Assembly: GCF_047632955.1 (NCBI RefSeq)
Contig: NZ_JBLIED010000005.1
Span: 21,075 to 85,074, forward strand
Length of the DNA stretch: 64,000 bases
Origin: Psychromonas sp.
GTDB lineage: Bacteria; Pseudomonadota; Gammaproteobacteria; Enterobacterales; Psychromonadaceae
Direction of reading: 5' to 3'
Shown: positions 10,199-19,544 of the stretch, piece by piece
Layout of the letters: the number at the start of each line of letters is the position of its first letter
Numbering within the stretch: position 1 is the first letter of the stretch
Program-made: the position numbers and the translations under genes
The notes under the pieces: model-generated
The model's input: the letters and a program-made list of their open reading frames with translations, nothing else
Database searches by the model: none
Told to the model about the DNA's origin: nothing

Positions 10199-11284
10199 GT
10201 GTTTTTTAATAAAAAAAGTTTGTTAGATAAAGTCAGCGCCTGTCTGCAGGAAAATGATTCCACTCAGGTGGTCGCTAAATTAATTGCCAATAAGGCAATG
10301 ATAATCGATGAAAAGGGCGCTACCATAAAAATCAAAATGCCTTTTTATGCCCCTGTTTGGTTGCAAAATCTGCAACTTGATTGTGCTGCTAAACTTGAAA
10401 AATTATTTGGCAAAGCGGTTAGCTGGGAGGTTAATCATCAGGTGGTCGCGTTACAAAATGACAGCAGTAAATCGGTCCTGCCCAAGATAAAAAATATTAT
10501 CGTCGTTGCCTCGGGTAAAGGCGGCGTGGGTAAATCCACTGTGAGTGTTAATTTAGCCCTTGCTCTGGCCGAAAATGGCGCTCAGGTAGGTATTTTGGAT
10601 GCCGATATTTACGGGCCATCTATTCCGACTATGCTCGGTGTTAAAGATGCAAAGCCGGTCAGTTCCGATGGTAAATTAATGCTGCCGATTAAGGCCCATG
10701 GTATTGTTTGTAATAGCATTGGTTTTTTAGTGGCGGAAGAAGATGCGATGATCTGGCGCGGCCCGATGGCCAGCAAAGCGTTGTCGCAGGTGATCAATGA
10801 AACTGATTGGCAAGATCTTGATTATTTAGTGGTTGATATGCCGCCTGGCACCGGCGATATTCAGTTAACTATGTCGCAAAATGTGCCCGTGACAGCGGCT
10901 GTTGTAGTGACAACGCCGCAGGATGTGGCTTTAATTGATGCGAAAAAGGGCATTTCCATGTTCAACAAAGTCGCAGTCAATGTAGCAGGTATTATTGAAA
11001 ACATGAGCCTTTATTCATGCAGTCAGTGCGGCCACCAGGAGGCTATTTTTGGTACGGGTGGTGGTAAAAAACTGGCTGAACAATTTAATTTACCCTTTTT
11101 AGGGGCCTTACCCTTACATATAACATACCGGGAAGACACGGATCAGGGAATACCAACGGTTGTAAAAGGAGAGAGTGAGGTTTTAAGCGCGCCATTTTTA
11201 TCTCTAGCTGAAACCTTAGCGATTAATCTTTATCGAGATTTAACCATCGCCTTACCGGAAATAATGATCACTAATTTAAAATAA
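10199..11284 (+). CDS. apbC: Fe-S cluster carrier ApbC/Mrp
   Basis: SGKGGVGKST, DADIYGPS, WRGPM and ENMS..C..C motifs. Divergent from metG as usual. Confidence 0.95.
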   Translation: MFFNKKSLLDKVSACLQENDSTQVVAKLIANKAMIIDEKGATIKIKMPFYAPVWLQNLQLDCAAKLEKLFGKAVSWEVNHQVVALQNDSSKSVLPKIKNIIVVASGKGGVGKSTVSVNLALALAENGAQVGILDADIYGPSIPTMLGVKDAKPVSSDGKLMLPIKAHGIVCNSIGFLVAEEDAMIWRGPMASKALSQVINETDWQDLDYLVVDMPPGTGDIQLTMSQNVPVTAAVVVTTPQDVALIDAKKGISMFNKVAVNVAGIIENMSLYSCSQCGHQEAIFGTGGGKKLAEQFNLPFLGALPLHITYREDTDQGIPTVVKGESEVLSAPFLSLAETLAINLYRDLTIALPEIMITNLK

Positions 11285-11528
11285 ACCTTGTCTTGAAATT
11301 CCTCTTCATTCTGACTGTTTTTATAACGGCCAGAATGCCTGCACTGCCTTATCACTATCATCAAATGAGATAGGTAATAATATTTTACGGGCAGGGTAGT
11401 TATTTACCAAATTCAAAGATATTGAAGGCTTGAATTTCGGTTTTTTCTTTGATTAATACTCCGGTTTTTTCATTTGAATCTATTCTTTGTTATTGCAAAT
11501 AAAACTTGGATCAACAAGGAGAATTAAA

Positions 11529-12632
11529 ATGTCAAATTCGACCGTCGGCAAGCAATTATTTAGTCCGGGTAAACTCGGCTCTTACACTTTGCAAAATCAT
11601 CTGGTTATGTCACCGATGACCCGTAATAGGGCGATCGGTAATGTGCCAAATGATCTTATGGTGGAGTATTATGGACAACGTGCAACGGCCGGACTGATTG
11701 TTACCGAAGGTACCTCACCCTCAGCGAATGGTCTTGGCTACCCGCGCATCCCGGGAATTTTTTCAGCGGAGCAGGTGGTGGGTTGGGCGCGAGTTTCTGA
11801 AGCTGTACATGCAAAAGGAGCAAAAATATTCGTCCAGTTGATGCATACCGGACGTATTGGACATTCCCTTAATCTGCACCAAGAAGCTCGAATATTAGCC
11901 CCCTCTGCCGTTGCAGCGGACGGTGAAATGTATACTGATGCACAGGGGATGAAAGCGTACCCCGTACCGACGGCTATGAGCCATGATGATATTATCAGTA
12001 CTCAAAAAGAGTTTGTTATGGCGGCTAAAAATGCCATTGCAGCCGGCTTTGATGGCGTTGAATTACACGCGGCAAACGGGTATTTACTGGAGCAGTTTAT
12101 CCGCCCTAATTCAAATATTCGCACTGATAAGTATGGCGGCACAATTGAAAATCGAGCCCGTTTTGTGCTGGAAGTCGCCGCGGCAACCGTCGCTGCGATT
12201 GGCAAGGATAAGGTCGGTATCCGTTTATCTCCCTTTGGCGTATTTAATGACATGCCACTTTATAATGCGATGGAGTCGGATTACGTTTATTTGACTGAAA
12301 AATTAAATGCCCTGGGATTGTTGTATTTACATATCGTGGATCACGCATCGATGGGGGCACCGACCGTGCCGGATTCGATGAAAAAAACCATGCGCCGTTT
12401 ATTTAAACAGACCCTGATCCTGTCGGGAGGTTATGATGCCGCGCGAGCACAAAGTGATCTTGCGGCGGGCAAAGGGGATTTGATTGCCGTCGGGCGTCCG
12501 TTTCTTGCAAACCCGGACTTGCCAGCGCGCTGGCAGACTAATGCACCTTTGAATGCGGCTGACATGGAGACGTTTTATGCAGCGGATGCAAAAGGTTATA
12601 GCGATTATCCGGAGCACAATAAAGGCTGTTAA
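11529..12632 (+). CDS. Old-yellow-enzyme family alkene reductase (NemA-like)
   Basis: MSPMTRNRA, GFDGVELHAANGYLLEQF, RTDKYGG and GRPFLANPDL motifs. Start placed at ATG 11529 after AGGAG. Confidence 0.9.
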   Translation: MSNSTVGKQLFSPGKLGSYTLQNHLVMSPMTRNRAIGNVPNDLMVEYYGQRATAGLIVTEGTSPSANGLGYPRIPGIFSAEQVVGWARVSEAVHAKGAKIFVQLMHTGRIGHSLNLHQEARILAPSAVAADGEMYTDAQGMKAYPVPTAMSHDDIISTQKEFVMAAKNAIAAGFDGVELHAANGYLLEQFIRPNSNIRTDKYGGTIENRARFVLEVAAATVAAIGKDKVGIRLSPFGVFNDMPLYNAMESDYVYLTEKLNALGLLYLHIVDHASMGAPTVPDSMKKTMRRLFKQTLILSGGYDAARAQSDLAAGKGDLIAVGRPFLANPDLPARWQTNAPLNAADMETFYAADAKGYSDYPEHNKGC

Positions 12633-12641
12633 AATAGCGTA

Positions 12642-12674
12642 GATAATGGGGATACAGGCATTCTCCCCATTATC
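12642..12674. terminator. Hairpin between convergent genes
   Basis: GATAATGGGGA..TCCCCATTATC, an 11-bp perfect inverted repeat. Confidence 0.7.
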
Positions 12675-12754
12675 CGGGCCTTAGTAACTGTTGTGCTTTG
12701 GTCTCATTCTTGTCGTGCTGTGCTGTTAATCATTGTTTATATAGTGGCTATAAT

Positions 12755-13594
12755 TTATACATTGACGGTTTTATTGATCGCGACTGCGACCGTTTTACTT
12801 TTGATATTTTCGACCTTTCTCTGCTTTTCATATAGGAAGGTTAATACCTCAGACCTTAAGCGGTTGTATTCAATATCTTTGGCCAGACTCAATCTGTTTC
12901 TAGGGCGTTCTAAATTGACATGCAATATTTCACCGATGGTTGCTGAAGGCCCATTGGTCATCATCACAATACGATCCGACAGCAGTACCGCTTCATCAAC
13001 ATCATGGGTGATCATGATCACCGTATTATTAAGCTCGTTTTGAATCTCCATCAGTGAATCCTGCATATGCGCTCTAGTTAACGCATCTAATGCGCCAAAA
13101 GGCTCATCCATTAACAACACTTCAGGCTGCATCGCCAGCGCACGTGCAATACCGACACGCTGTTTCATGCCACCGGAAATTTCATTGGGGCGTTTATGCA
13201 TCGCATGGTCCATGTGCACCAATTTGAGGTTATGCTCGATCCACTCTTTCTTTTCCGCTTTGCTCATTTTTGAGCCAAACACCTGGTCAACGGCTAATTC
13301 AACATTTTGATAAGCGCTTAACCAGGGCAGCAGGGAATGATTTTGAAAAACCACTGCACGCTCCGGTCCCGGCTCAGTGACTTCTCTACCACTGAGTATC
13401 ACGCCGCCCTTGGTTGCTTGATAAAGCCCTGCTACAACATTTAATACGGTTGATTTTCCACAACCAGAATGTCCAATTAATGAAACAAACTCACCTTTTT
13501 TTATTTGTAAATCAACATCTTTAAGCGCGGTAAAACCACCAGAAGGCGTCGGGAATACCATATCAATATGGCTGATATCAAGTAATGTGGTCAT
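12755..13594 (-). CDS. nrtD: Nitrate/nitrite ABC transporter ATP-binding subunit (NrtD/NasD)
   Basis: GHSGCGKS, VFQNHSLLPW, ISGGMKQR, LLMDEPFGALD and THDVDEA motifs. Confidence 0.85.
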   Translation of the reverse strand: MTTLLDISHIDMVFPTPSGGFTALKDVDLQIKKGEFVSLIGHSGCGKSTVLNVVAGLYQATKGGVILSGREVTEPGPERAVVFQNHSLLPWLSAYQNVELAVDQVFGSKMSKAEKKEWIEHNLKLVHMDHAMHKRPNEISGGMKQRVGIARALAMQPEVLLMDEPFGALDALTRAHMQDSLMEIQNELNNTVIMITHDVDEAVLLSDRIVMMTNGPSATIGEILHVNLERPRNRLSLAKDIEYNRLRSEVLTFLYEKQRKVENIKSKTVAVAINKTVNV

Positions 13595-13631
13595 TATACT
13601 TTTCCTTAATCTCTTATTAAATCAGTCTGTT

Positions 13632-14627
13632 TTAAACGCTTGCTGTGGACTTATCCCAAGATGCAATACGTTGCAGCTGCAACATGCCTCTATCGAGAAT
13701 AAAACCTATCAACCCAATCACAATCACGGCTGCCATAATACGTGCTAAAGAATCCGAACTGCCGTTTTGAAACTCATCCCAAACAAATTTCCCAAGTCCC
13801 GGATTCTGCGCCAGCATCTCTGCTGCAATCAAGACCATCCATGCGACACCAAAGGATAAGCGCATGCCGGTAAATATCATTGGTACTGAAGCGGGTAATA
13901 CAATCTTTTGAATATGTTTACCCAGAGGTAAACGTAAAACGCGGCTGACATTTTTTAAATCCTGATCCAGCGATGACACACCAATAGAGGTGTTAATAAC
14001 CATTGGCCATAAACTACATAAAGTAACTGTGAGTAAGGAGTTAACAAATGATTTCGAGACTAATGGATCGTCCGATACATACAGCGCGCTCACCACAATA
14101 GTCACTAAGGGCAACCATGCAAGCGGCGAGACTGGCTTGAATATTTGTACAATAGGGTTGACTGCTGCATTTAAGTTTTTACTTAAACCCATGGCGATAC
14201 CAAGCGGAATTGCGATTATTGCGGCTAATAAAAAACCACTGCTAACGGTAATTAAACTGGTTATTATTTGGTCAAAAAATGTTTCTTTGCCCGTATAATC
14301 TATTGTTCTAGAGACGTAGCTAGGATCGGCAGCGACTCGTTTGTCATTTCTTATTTCTTGACGTACATAAAATTTATCTGCTTTTTCTCTTGCTGCTTTA
14401 TGCTCATCATATAAAGAGTGAAACTGCTGGTAAACGGCGCTGGGGCCTGGAAAGTCACCTAACGAGGTATGGATGTTTTTAGCGGTAATGGTCCAGAGTA
14501 GCAAAAATAGCATGATACCGAGGAATGGCAGGATTAATAACTTACCTGTTGATTTTAAAAAACCTTGAATATTAGCCAATGAAGGTGCTGTTATGGTTAA
14601 TTTATTCGTGAGTGAGGTAATTGTCAT
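13632..14627 (-). CDS. nrtB: Nitrate/nitrite ABC transporter permease (NrtB/NasE)
   Basis: FKPVSPLAWLP, WMVLIAAEML and GLGKFVWDE motifs. Confidence 0.85.
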   Translation of the reverse strand: MTITSLTNKLTITAPSLANIQGFLKSTGKLLILPFLGIMLFLLLWTITAKNIHTSLGDFPGPSAVYQQFHSLYDEHKAAREKADKFYVRQEIRNDKRVAADPSYVSRTIDYTGKETFFDQIITSLITVSSGFLLAAIIAIPLGIAMGLSKNLNAAVNPIVQIFKPVSPLAWLPLVTIVVSALYVSDDPLVSKSFVNSLLTVTLCSLWPMVINTSIGVSSLDQDLKNVSRVLRLPLGKHIQKIVLPASVPMIFTGMRLSFGVAWMVLIAAEMLAQNPGLGKFVWDEFQNGSSDSLARIMAAVIVIGLIGFILDRGMLQLQRIASWDKSTASV

Positions 14628-14724
14628 TATGACTCATCCTTTTTAAACGCTGTTTGCTTAGACCCGCGCCGATAAACACGGACCTAAGGGATTATGATTT
14701 TAAAATGTTATTGAAGGTTAATAT

Positions 14725-16110
14725 TTAAAGCATGTCATCTTTTTTGAGACCGATTTTAAATGTATCTATGTAGGCATTGGGTGTGTTGCCGTCATAAACT
14801 AAGTCATCGATAAAGTGTGTTTGTGGTGCTCTAAAGCCTTTCTCAGTAGCAAAGTCAGGAAAATCTTTAGCATCAGCTAACTTATCATCAATCAATGATT
14901 GTGCCGCTTTCTGGTAGATATCCGGACGGTATACTTTTTTCGCTAAGTCTTTATACCAGTCATCGGTTTTAGCTTCGGGTATTTGTCCCCAGCGGCGCAT
15001 CTGCGTTAAATACCAAATGGCATCTGAGTAGTACGGATAAGTGGCGTTATGTCTGAAAAATACGTTGAAATCAGGCACGGCACGTTTATCGCCTTTTTCG
15101 TACTCAAAGGTGCCCGTCATGCTGTTGGCAATAACCTCATAGTCTGCGCCCACGTAATTTGATTGAGACAGGATTTTTACGGCCGCTGGGCGGTTAGCAT
15201 TGTTATTTTCATCTAACCACATTGCCGCTCGAATCAGTGCTCGTGTTAAACGAATGGTGGTATTTGGATATTTTTCAGCAAATTCAGCGGTTAAACCAAA
15301 TACTTTTTCAGGATTATTTTTCCAAATCTCGTAGTCTGTTACAACCGGTACGCCGATACCTTTAAATACCGCCTGTTGATTCCATGGTTCACCGACACAA
15401 TAACCGTAGATAGTGCCGGCTTCTAATGTGGAAGGCATCTGTGGTGGTGGTGTTACAGATAAAATAGCATCACCGTCAATGTGGCCGCTGGTATCGCCTT
15501 TATGCGGTGCGTAATAACCCGGATGGATTCCACCTGCGGCTAACCAATATCTAAGTTCATAGTTATGTGTTGATACCGGAAAAACCATGCCCATATTGAA
15601 AGGTTTTCCTTGTGCTTTATAGGATTCAATAACCGGTTTTAAAGCATCTGCTTTAATGGGGTGAACTGGTCTGCCATCGGCTTGTTTGGGAATATTAGGT
15701 TTCATCTGTTCCCAGATATCGTTAGAAACCGTAATGGCGTTACCATTTAGATCCATCGAAAAAGGGGTGATAATATGAGCTTTAGTTCCAAAACCCATAG
15801 TGGCTGCTATGGGCTGACCGGCGAGCATATGCGCACCGTCTAATCTGCCATCAATTAAGCCATTGAGCAGTACTTTCCAGTTGGCCTGCGCTTCTATGGT
15901 TACGTACAATCCTTCATCTTCAAAGTAGCCATTTTCATAAGCTATCGCGATTGGCGCCATATCCGTGAGTTTAATAAAACCAAATTTTAATTCCTCTTTT
16001 TCCGGATAGCCCAGTTTTTCACTTTGAGCAAAAGAAACAAGGGTGGATGATATTGCGATAGTTAATACTATCTTTTGTGCTACAAACTTCATTGGGTTAA
16101 TCCAACGCAT
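14725..16110 (-). CDS. nrtA: NrtA/CmpA-family nitrate-binding periplasmic protein
   Basis: [34 protein letters not shown] and PEKV motifs. Start placed at ATG 16110 after AAGGA. Confidence 0.88.
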   Translation of the reverse strand: MRWINPMKFVAQKIVLTIAISSTLVSFAQSEKLGYPEKEELKFGFIKLTDMAPIAIAYENGYFEDEGLYVTIEAQANWKVLLNGLIDGRLDGAHMLAGQPIAATMGFGTKAHIITPFSMDLNGNAITVSNDIWEQMKPNIPKQADGRPVHPIKADALKPVIESYKAQGKPFNMGMVFPVSTHNYELRYWLAAGGIHPGYYAPHKGDTSGHIDGDAILSVTPPPQMPSTLEAGTIYGYCVGEPWNQQAVFKGIGVPVVTDYEIWKNNPEKVFGLTAEFAEKYPNTTIRLTRALIRAAMWLDENNNANRPAAVKILSQSNYVGADYEVIANSMTGTFEYEKGDKRAVPDFNVFFRHNATYPYYSDAIWYLTQMRRWGQIPEAKTDDWYKDLAKKVYRPDIYQKAAQSLIDDKLADAKDFPDFATEKGFRAPQTHFIDDLVYDGNTPNAYIDTFKIGLKKDDML

Positions 16111-16201
16111 AGTGGAATCCTTTTTGTGTGTCTTTCCGTTACCTGAGAAAACGATTGTCACTTAACTCAGGAAGTTAACATTTTTATAACATAAAGACTT
16201 A

Positions 16202-16217
16202 AGCAAAAATGATGCCA
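16202..16217 (-). promoter_or_regulatory. Sigma54 (-24/-12) promoter of the nitrate ABC operon
   Basis: Minus strand reads TGGCATCATTTTTGCT, giving exact GG-N10-GC spacing about 90 bp upstream of the nrtA start. Confidence 0.75.
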
Positions 16218-16282
16218 CTTATTTTTAAATTAAAACAAACATGATGTTAGGCATTCTTTTAGTTTTTCTGGAAGGAAAATAA

Positions 16283-16329
16283 TGCACCATAAATGTTACC
16301 TATTTCACAGTTTGCACCAGAGAGGAGCG
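16283..16329. promoter_or_regulatory. Putative tandem NtrC-type enhancer sites
   Basis: TGCACCA at 16283 and 16313 (30 bp apart), each with a degenerate second half-site. Confidence 0.55.
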
Positions 16330-16545
16330 CTGCCTGGAAGTCATAAATAGGGGGTTTTTAAGGGCATGCTTAACAGGGATTTGATTAACTGAATTAACCA
16401 TTTTAGATGTTGGGGGAATGCATGGATGCAGGGTCGATTGATGTAGTGTTCTATCTCACGGGTGTGGAGTTGGCTATGGTGAGGTCATTTAGATAAACGA
16501 TGCTTTAATGGTTATAGCAAAAGAATTAAAAAGGTGTTCAATAGG

Positions 16546-16591
16546 ATTTTATGAAGTGAGGACAACTAGCGAATGCAGTTCACGCCTTGTT
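16546..16591 (-). repeat. Degenerate dispersed-repeat (ERIC/MITE-like) core
   Basis: Minus strand aacaaggcgtgaactgcattcgctagttgtcct..ataaaat aligns by eye with 53269-53312. Confidence 0.4.
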
Positions 16592-16823
16592 CGTGCTTAT
16601 TTATCAAGCGTAAGGCATGCTCAATTCATTTGATCTTAGGATTTGATAGTTGCTGCTACTGTGAATTATCTTATATGTAAGAGTACAAGAATGATGGAAT
16701 CAGTACTAGAGTATGAGTGCTGCTAAAGGTTTTTTAATATAAAGAGATGAGGTGACTTAAATAAGTATAAAAGATCTATAGAGGGGCTTGTTAATGGATT
16801 TAGAAAAGGTAGAGTAATTAAAG

Positions 16824-16899
16824 TGGTGGAGCCATGCGGGATCGAACCGCAGACCTCAACGCTGCCAGCGTTGCGCTCTCCCAGCTGAGCTATGGCCCC
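16824..16899 (-). tRNA. tRNA-Ala(GGC)
   Basis: 76 nt, GGGGCCATAGCTCAGCTGGGAGAGCG..CT-GGC-AG..GGTTCGATCC..CCACCA, with the G3:U70 Ala determinant. Confidence 0.97.
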
Positions 16900-17017
16900 A
16901 CTTTAATCTTTAACTAACCGTTTGAATTGGTTAGGTATAACAAGAACAGGGCGCATAATATGCACCTTGCTCTTAACTGTCAACCAAAACTTGCAAAATA
17001 ACTTATATTTAGCGTTT

Positions 17018-18430
17018 TTATGAAGCAGCTACACGTGCAGCGATATATTCAAGTGCGCGATCGATACGTTTAATACTACGCTCTTTACCAATTAAGCGCA
17101 GGGTGACATCTAAAGAAGGTGATTGACCACCGCCAGTGATAGCAACCCGTAATGGCATACCCACTTTACCCATACCAATTTCTAATTGATCGGCAGTATC
17201 ATTGATTATTTGATGCAGCGTGGCATCTGTCCAGTCATCGTTTGCCTGCAGTTTTTGCTGGGCTAAAACAAGCGCATCTTTGGCTACCGGGCGAAGATGT
17301 TTCTTAGCGGCAGCGGCATCCAACTCATCGTACTCTTCAAAGAAGTAACGGCTGGTGGCTGCTAACTCAACTAATGTTTTAGCACGTTCTGAAAGTGCGC
17401 TGACAATCTCAGGAAGGGCAGGGCCATTACTAGTATCGATTTTTTGATTATCCATGTGCCAAGCAAGATGTTGTGCAACGTAGGCCGGATCCAGTGATTT
17501 AATGTAATGTTGATTTAACCAAACTAATTTTTCGGTATTAAATGCAGAAGGTGCTTTATTAATAGCATCTAACGAAAACAGCTCAATCATCTCTTTTTCT
17601 GAGAAAATTTCCTGATCACCGTGTGACCAGCCTAAACGTACCAGATAGTTTTTAAGTGCTTCAGGTAAATAACCCTCATCACGAAACTGCATGACAGATA
17701 CGGCACCATGACGTTTAGAAAGTTTTGCGCCGTCATCCCCTAAAATCATCGCAACATGCGCATATTCTGGTAAAGGTGCTCCTAATGCTTCTAATATATT
17801 AATTTGTCGTGGTGTATTGTTAATATGATCTTCGCCACGAACGACATAAGTAATGCCCATGTCCCAATCATCAACAACCACACAAAAATTATAAGTCGGT
17901 GTGCCATCGGTACGCTGAATAATTAAATCATCAAGCTCGGTATTTGAAAATTCAATCGGACCACGTACATGATCGTCAAATTTAACGCTGCCTTGTTTAG
18001 GGTTTTTGAAGCGGATAACGTAAGGGGCATCTGTGTCCTGCGGTGCTAAGTCGCGACACTTACTATCATAACGAGGTGATAGGCCTGCTTTTTCCTGCGC
18101 TTCACGCAGTTCATTAACGCGTTCTTTTGTGCAGTAACATTTGTAAGCTGTTCCGTCGGCAAGCATCTTTGCGATGATCTCTTTATAGCGATCAAAACGT
18201 TTGGTCTGGTAATAAGGACCTTCATCCCAAGTCAAGCCCATCCAAGTCATACCTTCTAAGATTGCGTCAACGGCTTCTTGAGTTGAACGCGCAATATCGG
18301 TATCTTCTATACGCAGTACAAACTCACCGCCTTTATTTTTTGCTTGTAACCAGGAATAAAGCGCAGTACGCGCACCACCAACATGTAAAAAACCAGTGGG
18401 GCTTGGGGCAAAACGTGTTTTAACTTTCAT
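17018..18430 (-). CDS. gltX: Glutamate--tRNA ligase
   Basis: [26 protein letters not shown] and KLSKR motifs. Confidence 0.98.
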   Translation of the reverse strand: MKVKTRFAPSPTGFLHVGGARTALYSWLQAKNKGGEFVLRIEDTDIARSTQEAVDAILEGMTWMGLTWDEGPYYQTKRFDRYKEIIAKMLADGTAYKCYCTKERVNELREAQEKAGLSPRYDSKCRDLAPQDTDAPYVIRFKNPKQGSVKFDDHVRGPIEFSNTELDDLIIQRTDGTPTYNFCVVVDDWDMGITYVVRGEDHINNTPRQINILEALGAPLPEYAHVAMILGDDGAKLSKRHGAVSVMQFRDEGYLPEALKNYLVRLGWSHGDQEIFSEKEMIELFSLDAINKAPSAFNTEKLVWLNQHYIKSLDPAYVAQHLAWHMDNQKIDTSNGPALPEIVSALSERAKTLVELAATSRYFFEEYDELDAAAAKKHLRPVAKDALVLAQQKLQANDDWTDATLHQIINDTADQLEIGMGKVGMPLRVAITGGGQSPSLDVTLRLIGKERSIKRIDRALEYIAARVAAS

Positions 18431-18622
18431 TGAAAAATGTCCTTATGGATAGGCGCTAAAATAATAGGCGTATTTTAACGGATACCATTGTAATTACATT
18501 AACTATTTCTGTTTTCTCGAAAACAAAGTGAGACAAAAGAACTCATTAGCCAGAAAACAGGCAAGCATTGTTTACCCTTTGAGCGATTGAACATAATTCA
18601 GAGTTTTTATTATAAAAATGGC

Positions 18623-18659
18623 TTGACTGAAAAAAGCGGATCCCTATAATACGCCCCAC
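18623..18659 (+). promoter_or_regulatory. Stable-RNA-type sigma70 promoter of the tRNA-Val array
   Basis: TTGACT (18623-28), 16-bp spacer, TATAAT (18645-50), GC-rich discriminator acgcccca, and an AT-rich UP-like tract upstream. Confidence 0.85.
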
Positions 18660-18722
18660 AAACAACACGCTGTTAAATGTTGTTTTGCTTCGAGCTTGCT
18701 CGATGCAGTTAAAATTAAAGAT

Positions 18723-18777
18723 AGGCGGTTGTGCCGTTATGCGGAGAGCAATGCTCGAAGCACAGTATCGCCCACCA
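18723..18777 (+). pseudogene. Decayed tRNA-Val unit lacking the anticodon arm
   Basis: Same flanks (ttaaagat..atctttaatc) and same 3' end CAGTATCGCCCACCA as the intact copies. It ends exactly 124 bp before the 3' end of the first intact copy and is 55 nt long. Confidence 0.75.
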
Positions 18778-18825
18778 TCTTTAATCTTCTTTATTCGGAA
18801 GTAAAATGAATTCTCCATTAAAGAT

Positions 18826-18901
18826 GGGCGATTAGCTCAGTTGGGAGAGCACCGCCCTTACAAGGCGGGGGTCACTGGTTCAAGCCCAGTATCGCCCACC
18901 A
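18826..18901 (+). tRNA. tRNA-Val(TAC) copy 1
   Basis: 76 nt cloverleaf, anticodon arm CCGCC-CT-TAC-AA-GGCGG, CCA end. Confidence 0.97.
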
Positions 18902-18949
18902 TCTTTAATCTTCTTTATTCGGAAGTGAAACGAATTCTCCATTAAAGAT

Positions 18950-19025
18950 GGGCGATTAGCTCAGTTGGGAGAGCACCGCCCTTACAAGGCGGGGGTCACT
19001 GGTTCAAGCCCAGTATCGCCCACCA
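18950..19025 (+). tRNA. tRNA-Val(TAC) copy 2
   Basis: Identical to copy 1, at a 124-bp period. Confidence 0.97.
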
Positions 19026-19073
19026 TCTTTAATCTTCTTTATTCGGAAGTGAAATGAATTCTCCATTAAAGAT

Positions 19074-19149
19074 GGGCGATTAGCTCAGTTGGGAGAGCAC
19101 CGCCCTTACAAGGCGGGGGTCACTGGTTCAAGCCCAGTATCGCCCACCA
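19074..19149 (+). tRNA. tRNA-Val(TAC) copy 3
   Basis: Identical to copy 1, at a 124-bp period. Confidence 0.97.
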
Positions 19150-19544
19150 TCTTTAACGCTATTAATTCCTTCTGTTTAAATCAACTCTCACTTAGCATAT
19201 TTAATATGATAAATTACTCATATTCAAATCAATATATTTTATTAATCAACATTGTCTCAATCTCACAATAATCAATTATTATCAGCTGCTTAGCTTATAT
19301 CTACAGAAACCCATTTTACAGACCTTTCCCATACTGTGTTGTTATTCTCTTTTCATAAAACATCGAGAAGTGCGGCAAATGTTATTATTTCATTAACACT
19401 GTATTTAAATTGATCATTTACATTAATCCTGATCTTTGTCATTTTTTTGTTATATCTTCTCAAAAACACCTGTAAATATTTTGATATATGCACAGCTTAA
19501 GTTAAAATCCGTTAAATTTTTTTGGACCAAAAATAGAGAATCAA

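Noticed and set aside
11345-11385. Fur box upstream of the alkene reductase
   Set aside because: The best alignment matches only about half of the 19-bp consensus.
11285-16823. Genomic island integrated at the tRNA-Ala 3' end (OYE plus nitrate ABC)
   Set aside because: I found no integrase and no direct repeat of the tRNA 3' end on the far side.
18770-19157. CRISPR-like regular repeats
   Set aside because: The 124-bp periodic units are identical tRNA-Val genes with near-identical spacers. There are no unique spacers and no cas genes.
18546-19271. ORFs 18546-18818 (-) and 19089-19271 (+)
   Set aside because: They overlap the tRNA promoter, pseudo-tRNA and tRNA genes and are not credible proteins.
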